Assembly: GCF_009914755.1 (NCBI RefSeq)
Contig: NC_060936.1
Reading direction: 5' to 3' (one strand)
DNA: 64,000 nt
Origin: the human T2T-CHM13v2.0 reference genome, Homo sapiens
Shown here: positions 46,761 through 59,761 of the stretch, piece after piece
How positions within the stretch are numbered: the first letter of the stretch is position 1
Layout of the letters: the number at the start of each line of letters is the position of its first letter
Position numbers and translations under genes: made by a program
The notes under the pieces: model-generated
Databases searched by the model: none
The model's input: only the letters and a program-made list of their open reading frames with translations
Told to the model about the DNA's origin: nothing

Positions 46761-47040
46761 TGGGCTCTGCAGCTCCTGGCTGCCAGTATTATCTAGGATG
46801 TACATCGCTGATCTTTGAATGGTAACATTCTGTGATGGGTAATGGAGTCAGAGCCTATGCACTCCTGCAGCAGCCCCGAAAGCTCTCATCTACCAGTCCT
46901 CTGTCTGATGTGAATCCACAGGCTTCATATTTAGGTCATTGGCTATGGAGTAGGTTTTGATGGACCCTGGGAGAATTCTTCTGCCTGCAGATAACTGCTC
47001 TTCTAGTATTTTGCAATGTTCTAACAAGACAGAAGAGGAA
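46761..47040 (+). other. Inverted-duplication copy B (possible GPCR-like pseudogene remnant)
   Basis: one frame reads YYLGCTSLIFEW*HSVMGNGVRAYALLQQPRKLSSTSPLSDV...*WTLGEFFCLQITALLVFC. Confidence 0.5.
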
Positions 47041-48074
47041 AGAGTAAAAGAAACATTTATTGAGTACCACTTGTAGCAGACATTGCATGTCCACCTACCC
47101 AGCACTCCTCTTTCCCCTTCTTAACAGTATGCAGCAGAGGAGAATTTATAAACAACTTCCATCCATTCTGAGTCTTTTCCTGTAACAAAACAAAACACAA
47201 ATTAATGGTGTTGCAATGAATTATCCTGTCACATAAAATTTTGTGCTAAATCAACTATCATATCAAATTGTAATATAAGCTAGTAGCAAGAGCCAATGAT
47301 CTGATGAGAAAAGGATGAAAGAAAAAGCCAAAACTATAAATTCTATTCATTCAGGGTTTTGTTGGGGTATTTTTTCTGTGAATTACAAAGAGACACGTTA
47401 ATTTCTGAAGAGTGTAAGCAGTAAGCAGAGAAGATATTCCATTCTAGAGACACACTCATGCTTTGAGAAACAGAGTTTATGTTATGTCTCTAGGAGTGGC
47501 CAAATGTCTGGCTTTTCAAAATGAACACAAGTAGTTCCTTTTCCCAAGGGGATGAGAGAGTGACCCAGGAAAATATAACCTTGCCTCATCCCCAGCAAAG
47601 GTAACAAATGCATGGAAATTTAACACAGATAATTTGCTGCTATTTAGGGCTTTCACATAGCCCCAAATTTTACCTCATTTGTTACTATGCAAGACTGAAA
47701 GTTTCAGAAACTCAAATCAAACTGATTTAAGCCTAAAGGGGGATTTACTGGCTGGTATAACTTGAAAGTTCAGGTGCAGCTTGATCCAGGTGCTCAAAAG
47801 ACAGAATCAAGATTTGGTTCTTCTCTCTTTTTTGTCTCTGTTGGCTTCACTCTCAGGTACGTGTTTCCCCCAGCATAACAAAATAAATGACAGCAGCTCC
47901 TGGCTTACATCCCACTAGCTCAGACCCTCAGCAGAAGAAGAATGCCTCTTTATCAGGATATCTCTCACAAGTCCTGGAATTCACTCTGATTGGATGGGCA
48001 GGAGTCATGTGCCTTCCCTGAACCTTGTTGTGGCTTGGGATGCAATAAGTCCTCTGACTGGCCAAAGCTAAAAT

Positions 48075-48635
48075 CTTCAGGGGCGTGTGAACCAGAGCAA
48101 CTCCATCTTAAATAGGACCTGGGTAAAATGAGGCTGAGACCTACTGAGCTGCATTCCCAGATGGTTAAAGCATTCTTAGTCACAGGATGAGATAGGAGGT
48201 CGGCACAAGATACAGGTCTTAAAGACATTGCTGATAAACCAGGTTGCAGTAAAGAAGCCAGCTATAACCCTCTGAAACCAAGATGGCGACGAGAGTGACC
48301 TCTGGTCGTCCTCACTGCTACACTCCCACTGTGAAAGCCCCAAATGGCAGTTTACAAATGGCATGGCAACCACAGGCAGTTACCCTATATAGTCTAAAAA
48401 GGGGAGACAAGAATAATCCACCCCTTGATTAGCATATCATCAAGAAACAACCATAAAAATGGGCAACCAGCAGCCCTCAGGGCTGCTCTGTCTACGGAGC
48501 AGCCATTCTTTTATTCCTTTACTTTCCTAATAAACTTGCTTTCACTTTAATCTATGGACTCACTCTGAATTCTTTCTTACGCGAGATCCAAGAACCCTCT
48601 CTTGGGGTCTCTATTGGGACCCCTTTCCTATAACA
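48075..48635 (+). mobile_element. MER41A-like solo LTR inserted in old MLT1
   Basis: homolog of 33078-33627; TSD aaat. Confidence 0.88.
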
Positions 48636-49624
48636 AAATCGCCTACCCAGGGAGCCAGGAATGGGGTTAATCTACACCACATTAAGTCAGAGGTCGGGAA
48701 AGCTAGCTCAATACATCAGATAGATGATACCAGCAGAAGGGCCACACACAACTGATGCCCCTGCAGGATCCCCAGCTATCATTTGATTTTCAAAATGACC
48801 CCCAATGTGATTATTTGGGTTTTTTACTCTTTTTTCATCTCAAAGTTATACACACACATTGTAATAATTACCTCCATTATATAGACTAAGAAACCGAGGC
48901 TCAGAGAACCAAGTAACACCCAAGTTCTCCTAATCAAACAAGGAGGAGCTGGGACCCAAACTCTCCATCTGTGTGACTCCAAAGTGAAGTCTGCCCAGGG
49001 TCTTTTCTGTAAATGTCCATTTATAGACCAATGAGTTTTTTTCGGGATTGTTCAAAGTCTTCTACTGTATACACAAACCAAAGATACCAGTGGCATTCCT
49101 GTCCCCTCGCTCCCACATCCCAGGGCAAGCAAATTTCAGGAGCCCATTTGCAGCCCCTCTTAAAGAGGAACTGAAGACTGAGTTAGTAAATCTGTGCTGA
49201 GCTAATGCATTTTTCTGGTTGACAACTTCACCGCTGCCACCAACCTCAGTGCTTTGCTGATGTCAGGCAAGAAACGCAAAATATATTCTGCCCTGTCATT
49301 CTAGTCACCTCTTCCTGTCCAACCCACATCCTAAAAACAGGCTAACAGGATTGCCATAGTCAACTCAGTGTGGTTGAAGGGCATTTCAAGGCTCCATATC
49401 CAGAGTGTAGCCTGAGGTCCCCTCTCTAGAGAACGGAGTGATAGAAGATACCAATAGCATTATGCTAGGGTGTCCCCTTCACCTAGAAAATCCACTTCTG
49501 GACATTTACCCTAAAAAAAATAATCAGAGATGTGAACAATCATAGACATACAGATATCTTCTGAAATATATGCTCGGAGTGCCCACAACAGATTACCCTG
49601 GGCACCTGTTAACAAGGGGCATTA

Positions 49625-49928
<304 letters not shown>

Positions 49929-50005
49929 TTAGCTGGGCAAGGGGTGTGGGTGGGACAGGACCTCTGCATTCCACTCAACACCTGCAAAATCAGAATCTCC
50001 TAAGC

Positions 50006-50660
50006 TGTGGCATCCAGCCTCAGTTCAAGTCTGCAGTGAGCGATAATCACACCACTGCACTCCAGCCTGGGCAACAGAGCAAGACATCGTCTCTGAAAAA
50101 AAAAAAAAGTAGGGGGGAGGGTGGGATCCCTGCATTCCACTCACACCTGTGAAATCTCCTAAGATGACTCCCAGTGATTCCGGCCTCCCGCTGTGTCCCT
50201 GGTATTCACACCCACCTTGTTATAGTCTCCTCCCACCTTGAACAGGCCTGGCCTCTGTAACTAATGCAATGGCATATTGCAGAAATGACAGAGCGCCGTC
50301 TGAGGTTAAGTCATAAAAGCCTTGTCTTGCTTTCTCTTGGGTCACTCTTTGTGGGGGAAAGTCAGCCGCCATGTCATGAGGACACTCAAGCAACCCTATA
50401 GAGAATTCTGCAGGTCCAGGAGCTGGATTCTGCCAACAGCCAGCACAGATCTTGTGAGAGAGCTGCCTTGGAAATGGATCCTCCCGCCCCAGTTGAGTCT
50501 GAACCACATCTTGACTCCTGAGAGACCTCAAGCCAGAAGCAACCAGCTAGGACACTCCCTAATTCCTGACTCTCAAAACCTCTGTGAGACAAATGAATAG
50601 TCATTGTTTCAAGCTGCTAGGTTTGGGGGTAATTCGTTATTAAGCAGTAGTTATTACACA
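50006..50660 (+). mobile_element. MLT1F-like LTR with insertion near its 5' end
   Basis: tgtggcatccagcctc...taagatgactccc...gaggacactcaagcaacc...attacaca. Confidence 0.75.
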
Positions 50661-53148
50661 GGGTGAGCCCAGGATCTACATGTTTACAGGCTCCTTGGGA
50701 AAGTCAGACACACTGAAGCCACTGGAGGCCAAGGATGTCCCTGCAACATTGTTTAGATTCAGAAAGTAACATTGGTGCCCCCTAGGGGATTAGAGAAGCA
50801 AATTACAGTCTACCTGCAGGATGGCCAACAATGCACATAGGAGACAGCTAGTACCTACCTTATCTTTTTTCAAAGGCTGCCGAGCATTTATGACATATTG
50901 AATACAAAATCAGTTCACATGCACAATGCAAAATATAATCCTATTTTTGTTCCATATAGAGCATTATTATATAATCCCTCATGTCCCAGGCCTTAGCCTG
51001 AGATGTGTGTGATTATATAATAGTCTTTTACTCCTTGAAGAAGTTCTTGTCACTCCTAAATTATTAAGGTGCAAGCCCACAGCAGCCTAATGGCTTGGAA
51101 TTAGCCCCAGCTATTTCTGAGGTTTCCGCAGGAATCCTTTTACCTGAGCTCAGGAATGTGCCCACGGGTCCTTCTGGTGTTGACATCCTGCTGTGCCATT
51201 GCTGTGGTCTGCTGGGGCGGCTCCCACCCCCAGCCCAGAAGGCAGGATGGCTCACATTCACCCACATGGGGATACAGGCCCTTACAAATATCCAAGTGAG
51301 ACCAGGATGTAGTTATTTGTTTCACACATATAATACATAAAAACAATCCCACTGTAAAAACTGGCTTTAAAGGAGGGGAAAATAGAGGCAATTGAGTGTA
51401 ATAGTTCAAGGTCTGACTCCACCTTTTACTTAAATCAGGCACGTTTGCCTCATGTCTTTACGGTCCCACTGCGCTGAACAATTCTAGGGCCACAATTCCT
51501 ATTGTATTCCTTGTATAGAGCACCCCCTGGAGTCATGCCTTTATTTCCTCATCTGTAACATGGGGATTATAATCACAACTCATAGGGTCATTATTAGCAT
51601 TGAGCAAGTAAATTCACGTAAAGCCCCTCAACAGTGCCTGGCCCAGAGTGGGCACTCAACAAATGTCACATCTTAATTACCACCATCATTATTCATATAT
51701 ACTCCACACATATAATTCCACTGCCCTCCCTAGAGGCAGCTCCATTTATTAAGTGGGCACACTTGTAGAATTTTTCTGTGCATTTACATACATAGATTTT
51801 GGCACTGATTTTTTTCTTGTATGAATAGGATTGTTCTCTATTCTCAGCCATATGTGTCAGAGAAGCTTCCATGTCTGTGTGCATAGATCGGCCTCACTCT
51901 AGTGCAGATATGCCAAGCTTTATCTAACAGTCCCCACTTGTCCAGTACTTTGCTTATTTCCAGTTTTATGCTATTGCACACAAGTTGCAAAGAACATTGC
52001 TACATGCTTCTTTGTCCATCACACTAGTATTTCTTTAGATGAGATTCCTAGAAGTGATAATTCTGGGGTAAAGGATATTTGCATTTAAAATGTTGATAGA
52101 TCCTCAGCCTGTCGGGTGCTACTACAGACAACAGAATAAGAGGAGAGATATAGTACCGTGAAGATTAATTTAAAATTATTGCTAAGAGTGGTTGCTAAGA
52201 CTCAACATCCAAGCGCTTTACTTGGAACTTCCTGCGTAAACACTCACCCTGCACGGAGGATGTTCTGGGAAAATTGCCACACCTCCAAGTTCCCACCCAG
52301 CTCATCTGAACCAAGAGAAGTGGGGAATAAGCCTTCCTGTCTAGTAGACCCACAATACCCCCTGGAGAAACATGGGAACATCTCTCCTCCAAAGGACATC
52401 CCACCATCACCCTGTAGTCCAAACAAGACAACCACATAGGCCAGGAGGGCAAGTCCAAGTCTGCTCATTGGATTTGGTACATTACTACTGGAAGGGAGAC
52501 CAACCTTGGAGACCAGGGTACTCCTTACCAGACGTGGCACTTCTCTCCAGCCTCAGGTGAGAGCAAGAGCAAGCCTGCATATCCCTTCTGCCACCATCTG
52601 GTCCTCAATCCTCAACTCCAGCAAGCAAATGCTTGGATGAGAATGCACACCCTGTCTCCCAAGAGCAAACAAGTGCGTTCAGGCCTGGGGCAGCCAAACT
52701 CTAAGTTTAGAAACAGATTTTGCTCCAACCCTGCAGGGGCATGTTCTACCAACAAACACAGTTTGCTTTAGGTTCCCTTTAGAATACTTAACTGCTCCAT
52801 CTGCAGCTTCAGTATTTGAGCTTTCAGGGCATCCCCAAGAACCGTGGATAGTTATTTTGCTTATTTTCTTCTCACCAAGTGCTCACACCCAGAATCAAGG
52901 GATGGTCCTGCTCAAAGGTAAACTCCAGTCCCCTTCCCAGAAAACAGAAAATACATGTAACATTTTAAATGAGGGTTTTACAAGCTTTGGGGGAAAAACG
53001 TAGAAGCAGATTCTACTCCAGGAACCCTACTAAATATGCATTTATAATTTTGCATTCATTTAACAATATTTACCAAGCATCTGCTACATGCCAGACCTTC
53101 TTCAAGGTGCTGAGGACACAAGGGTAGGTAAAGCAAGCCAGGACACTG

Positions 53149-53275
53149 CAGACAGTCCCCAGCTTATGATGCTTTGATTTTTTCATTTTATGATGGTGAG
53201 AAAGCAATAGGCATTCAGTACATTCCTTGATTCACAATGGGGTCACATCCATATTGTAAATTGAGGAGCATCTGT
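53149..53275. mobile_element. MER47/Tigger-type MITE fragment
   Basis: cagacagtcccc...gaggagcatctg(ta) terminal repeats. Confidence 0.6.
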
Positions 53276-53592
53276 ATAGGGATTAGATTCTAGTGTGCAT
53301 ACGCATAGAAAAAAAGGCAAGAGAATATTTTTAAAGTGATAATGGTTATCCCTGAGGATGGCAATAATAGAGATCTTAATTGTTTTTTATGTTTTGCGTT
53401 GTTTGAAATTTTTCCAACTGGAAAAAAACTCACAGTATAGATGAATATTTATAGTTATGGGACTATACTCACAAGATATTGCTAAGTGAAAAGAACTGGC
53501 TACAGAAGAATATACAAAGTATATTTTTTGTAAATATATATTTACACTGTGTGTGTATCTGTTGCGATGAGTCATCTTGACTAAAGGGATTA

Positions 53593-54052
<460 letters not shown>

Positions 54053-55242
54053 TTATTCTATCCCTAAATTATTCTATCCCTTGGTCTACCAAAATACCTG
54101 AAAATTCTCCGTTAGAGTCAGTCATTTGGCTAAACGTTTCCTTCCCAGAGGCTCCTGCTACACTACTTAAGAGGAATAACACACTGGTCTCTGTCACTTG
54201 CAAAATGGAAACGTGAACAGGGAATCTGAAAATGAACTGTCACTTTGGAAAGCGAGGAGTCTGCCTGGCTCAGCAAGACACGGACAGACAGGGAAGGGCA
54301 TGGGGAGTCCCAGTGGCGCATAAGGACTCTCTGCTCTGAAAGTGAGGAGGAGGAGACTGAAGAAAAATCAGATGAGACATGGGATAAGAAGGACCTCCAT
54401 GCATGCCCCTCTCCCAACACCCAGCACCCACTCTGCAGCCAAGGGGTCAGAGCTGTCGAAGAGTGATGAGCAACCTGTTTACTAAAAAGAAAGAAAAACC
54501 TACTTATAAGAGGTTTTTATCTTAGTGAGCCGCTCTGCCTGAGTCTACAGAAATTATCAAGGGTGACATCACTCTCCCCAGTCACAACCCCAGGACTTAA
54601 CATCCCAGCAACACCCAAAGGACTCACCCACCCACCTCCCTGTCATTGCAGCAGCAGAACTGTCAACCCTAAAAATGAGGATGGTTACGTGAGGAAATAT
54701 GACTATCACTCCTCTCCAAGCTGTCAGCTAGAATATGAGCCTGGACCTAGACTAGTTGCAGCAGGGACCATGTTTAACAAGGGGCACGGTTGACTGCTGG
54801 GACTGCTTTAATATTCAATCCAGACCTCTGATGATGAGTTATTCATTAATGACCAACTGCCTCAAGGCTCCTGTTTTATTGAAAGCTTTACAAACCATCC
54901 AAGAAATGAGATATTGAGCTAAACATTTCATTCTTCCTCATTTCATCATTCATCCAACATTTTTTGCAAATACTTACCAGGGGCTAGGGACTGGGGGGTC
55001 CAGGTATAAGATTCTTTTGGGCTTGAACATATCTGAGGACACCTTGAATTTTTATAAAAATGTGTATTAGATTTTCTTAATTATGGAAGTAACGCATGCA
55101 TTGCAATATGCTAAACAACAAAGTAAAGTAAAAAATCAATAATCTCTCCCACTCCATTCTAACTCCAACCCCTTGTAGTTAGCAATGTTAATAGATTGTT
55201 GTAGAGTTCCCTTCTCTATGCTTTTTTAAAAAAATGTTCATC

Positions 55243-55414
55243 TATTTATTTATTTTGAGACTTGATTATGAAACTGGTTAATTTTTGTATTTTTTGTAGA
55301 AACGGGGTTTCATCATGGTGCCCAAGCTGATCTCAAACTCCTGGGCTCAAGTGATCTGTCCACCTCAGCCTCCCAAAGTGCTAGGACTACAGGCATGAGC
55401 CACTACACCTGGCC
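55243..55414 (-). mobile_element. Alu left-monomer derivative with unusual 3' end
   Basis: left arm, linker, ccagtttcataatcaagtctc, then A tail; TSD ctctatg. Confidence 0.8.
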
Positions 55415-55439
55415 CTCTATGTCTTTTTTTACTTACCAA

Positions 55440-55482
55440 AATATATATATATATATATACGTATATATACATATATATATAC

Positions 55483-55519
<37 letters not shown>
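55440..55519. repeat. (AT)n(AG)n microsatellite
   Basis: direct inspection. Confidence 0.95.
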
Positions 55520-56284
55520 AACTATACACATGATTCTACAACTCATCTTTTTCACTTCATTGTGTATTAAGAATCTCCCTTCAGGGTGACACAGAGATTG
55601 AGATTGTCCTTTTTAATAGCTGTGTGATATTCCACAGTATGGCTATAATGTAATTTAATCAACAAGTCTCAGACTGATAGGATGTCTCCTAACATCCTAT
55701 TTGAGGAGACTCACTAAACATCCTTGGACATCACTGTACTTTCATGGATGTCTAAAGAAAAGACTCCCCAGGTGGGACAGCTGGGTATAGACATCTAACA
55801 GTGACAGAGGGTCCCTTTCTGCCCCAGCTCATGGGAAAATTTCCAGTGGTCCTGATCAGTTCCCCACTGGTTAGGGAACAAGATTACCCTTTCTCTCCCT
55901 CTCCCTATAAGGTGTCCAAGCCCCTCCCCTTCTCTTCATGGGGTGGAGAGTTGGCAGGATGGTTGGATGGTGGTTTGTTCACAAATGATGGGTCAGAAGC
56001 CAGGTGCCCTCCAGGGCAGCTCACTGCTCAGTCCCTGGCCCTTCTCCTCTGTGATCACGATGGAAGCCCTCCCCATTCCCCTCCCACTTCCCAAAGGCCT
56101 CCACACCATCCTTCCCTGCTCAGAACGGTCTTCCAAATCAACCTCCTTTTTCCCCAGCCCCAGTCTCATCACTTCTCAGAGACCAGGGATCAGGATTGGG
56201 CAGAATGCATCTGCGTGCTTTCATCCTTGGCTCTGTGTCGGCACCATCTGGCACAGGAGAGAAGGGTCCTCAGAACCAAGGTGG

Positions 56285-56425
56285 GGGAAGAAAGGCAGGG
56301 AGAGAGCAGAGGAGGGGAAGGAAGGGGAGGGTAGGAAAGGGGAGGGGAGGGGAGGGGAGGAGAGGAAGGGAAGGGAAAGACAGAGGAAGGGAGGGGAGGG
56401 GAAAGGAGGAGAGAGAGGGGAGGGG
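56285..56425 (+). repeat. GA-rich (GGGGA/GGAAG) low-complexity tract
   Basis: direct inspection. Confidence 0.9.
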
Positions 56426-56859
56426 AATTATTAGGCGGCAAAGAGACCCTTCCCAATACAACCCTACCACATGCACTTCTTTGTCACTGCTTTCTACTCT
56501 CTGAACATTTATGGTACATCAAGTCCAGCCCTCCTCAGCCCTTCCCTCTGCGAAGACACCAAGACCATGCACATTTCACAGTGAGGACACTGGAGCCAGG
56601 ATGGGGCGCGGAGGGGGGGTGTGATTTAGCCGACACCACTCATCAAGTTGGTAGCAGAGACAGGGCTACAACCCAGCTCTCTGACATCCCTTTATTGTGA
56701 GTTGAGGAAGGAGTGAGTCTCCATTGCAGTTCGTTCCACCTGCCCTCCAGAATCCCAAGGAGCAATCCTATTAATCATCACAAGAAGGTTAATATGAAAA
56801 TAGAATCAGGCCTAAATTGAAACAGACAAGTTCAAATCTGTCACCCTTAACCCAGTCCA

Positions 56860-57840
56860 ATTCAATCTGTCAGCAAGTCCTGTTGGCTCTTCCTTCAAAC
56901 TGTATTGAGAATTCATTTTTTCCTTTCTACTCCGGTCACCTCTGTCCAAGGCACCAGGGTTCCTGCAGCCACCTCCTCTCTGCCTTCCCAGCTCCCATCT
57001 TGCCCCTCCACAGGTCTTTGCATGTAGCAGCTGGAGCCTTCCTCTTAAAATATAAACTGGATCGTGTCTTTCTCCCCAGCTTGGAGCCTCTAGCAAATGA
57101 CTTCTGGCTGCACTTAAAATAAAACCTCCATTTCTCACCCTGGTCGATGAGGCAGGACACGATCTCTTCACGCTTCCAAACTCATCTCCTGCAGCAACCC
57201 CTCTCCTTCACTTACCCTGTTCCTCTTTCTGTCCCTGTGAAACTTAAGACTCTGGGCTGGACACAGCTATGATCCCAGCACTTTGTGAGGCCAAGGCGGG
57301 AGAATCGCTTGAGGCCAGGAGTTCAAGAGCAGCCTGAGCAACATAACAAGACCCCATCCCATCTCTAAAAAAAATTTTTTTAATGAGCCAGGTGTGGTGG
57401 CATGCATCTGTGGCCCAGCTACTCAGAAGGCTGAGGTGGGAGGATCACCTGAGCTCAGGAGTTCGAGGTTCCAGTGAGCTGACTGTGCCACTGCACTCCA
57501 GTTTGGGTGACAGAGTGAGACCCTGTCCCAAAACAGCAACAACAAAAACACCAAAACTCCCAGCTCTCTCCTGCTTTCCACAGCCTTTGCAATTGCCATT
57601 CCCACTCACTGTGGAAATGGGCTCCAGGTGTCTGCACAGCCAGCTCCTTCTCCTTTCCTCTCAACTCAGATGTCGCTTCTTTGGAGAGGCCTTACCACCA
57701 TCAGGAATCATCTTGCTCACCTTTCTGCTTATTTGTTGATTGTCTATCTTCCCAGACTATGAGGCACACACCATCAGGGCAGAGGCCAGGTTTACTTTGT
57801 TCAAGCACATGGAATAAAGTAGGTGCTCAATGAGTCTCTG
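56860..57840 (+). mobile_element. L2 3' fragment interrupted by Alu
   Basis: cagcaagtcctgttggctcttccttcaaa...agtaggtgctcaatga. Confidence 0.7.
57255..57550 (+). mobile_element. Alu (AluJ-like)
   Basis: diverged dimer. Confidence 0.9.
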
Positions 57841-59281
57841 AGAAGAAAGGCAGGGAGGATGGGGTGGTGTGGAAGAAGGGAGACCGGTGTGTGCTCCTTA
57901 AGGTAACATCCATGCCCGGGCCCCAGACACCCAAGGAACAGTCAGCAGGCCCTGAGGCCAGTCTCACCCCTCCATCAACACACCACAGCCAGTGTTGTTT
58001 GTAGCTCAGCGTGGGCCCCCATTGAGTCTGGCTATGGCATATTCAGAACAGCCAGGGCCTCTAACAAGGTGAGTGGGGACCTGGCAGTCATTTTCTCTTT
58101 GCAGCTGTGACATCTTCACGGAAGTTCCTCTTTGAGTCAGGTTTGTATCTCTTACCTGACTCTTGCAGCCACGACTTCTGGAACTCTGTCTCCCAGGATG
58201 TGACCGTGTACTAAAATATTTTACATGCCATGTATCCATGATAGTTCCATGAGGGAACTACCATTATCATCCCCATTTGAAAGATGGGGAAACTGAGGCT
58301 CAGAGAAATTCTGTAATGAGCTCAAGGTCATAGAGCCTCTTACCAGCTGAGCTGAGATTTAGACCCAGACAGGCTGAGTGCAGAGCTGATGCTCTTGACC
58401 ATGACACTGGAGACCTCCTGGCACCAAGGATGCCATAGGATGAGTGAAGTCTCCAAGAAGTCTACCAACTGGTTTCTGCCTTAATTTTCTTGACCCCAGG
58501 ACCCAAGGCCCCGGGTGCAAGGGTAGCCACAGCAGAGGCTCAGAAGTCCACACTGAACTGAGGAATGGGGTCAGTCCTACCCTGTGTCAGAAATCCCTTT
58601 CTCTTGCTTTGCGAGGCCAAAGGGATCAAGTCAAACCAACCATGGCTGTTTCCCTAAAAATCCCATTTTCCCTCTCAGTGAAGGAGAAAGCAATATGATT
58701 CTGCAGGCTCCCTGAATGGTGAATTTGCCCCTGTTAGGCAGCTTCTAGGGCTGATTTGGAGAAAAGAAACAAATCACTCCAGCACCTAAATCTAACAAGC
58801 TGGGAGAGATGGCAGTAAGGATTGCTGCCGGGAGGTGGGGCAGGAACCAGGAGATGTTTATAGGGCACCAGAGAGAAAGAAATGGGGATGGTTGAGCCCA
58901 TTCTGCTGCTGACCCCAGATTTATACACTACAGGCCTCGTTCATGGTCCCCATGGGACCACAGGTCCTTTCAGCATCTCCTCCTAGCTTGGGAAGATGAA
59001 TCACACACACAGAGGAAGCGAGTGTTGCTGTATCTTTGTGAGTGAGCCTGTGTGTGCTTGGATGTGTGTGTGTGCACACATTGGAATGTCTTTGTGTGTC
59101 TGCCTCAGTGTATCTGTGTGTCTTTGTATATGCATTTGTGTTTCTGCCTTTGGCTACATCTTTCAGATGGATGAGATCAGTTTCTCTTTCAAGTCGCCTT
59201 TTGGGAGTTTACTACAAGATCCGCTTCCCTCCCCTCTACTGGACAGAGTGATGCCTCATCTTCCCTGCCTCTGAATGTTGA

Positions 59282-59761
<480 letters not shown>

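Noticed and set aside
55801-56504. Overlapping 100-177 aa ORFs
   Set aside because: No recognisable domain or exon structure; extended by a GA-rich low-complexity tract.
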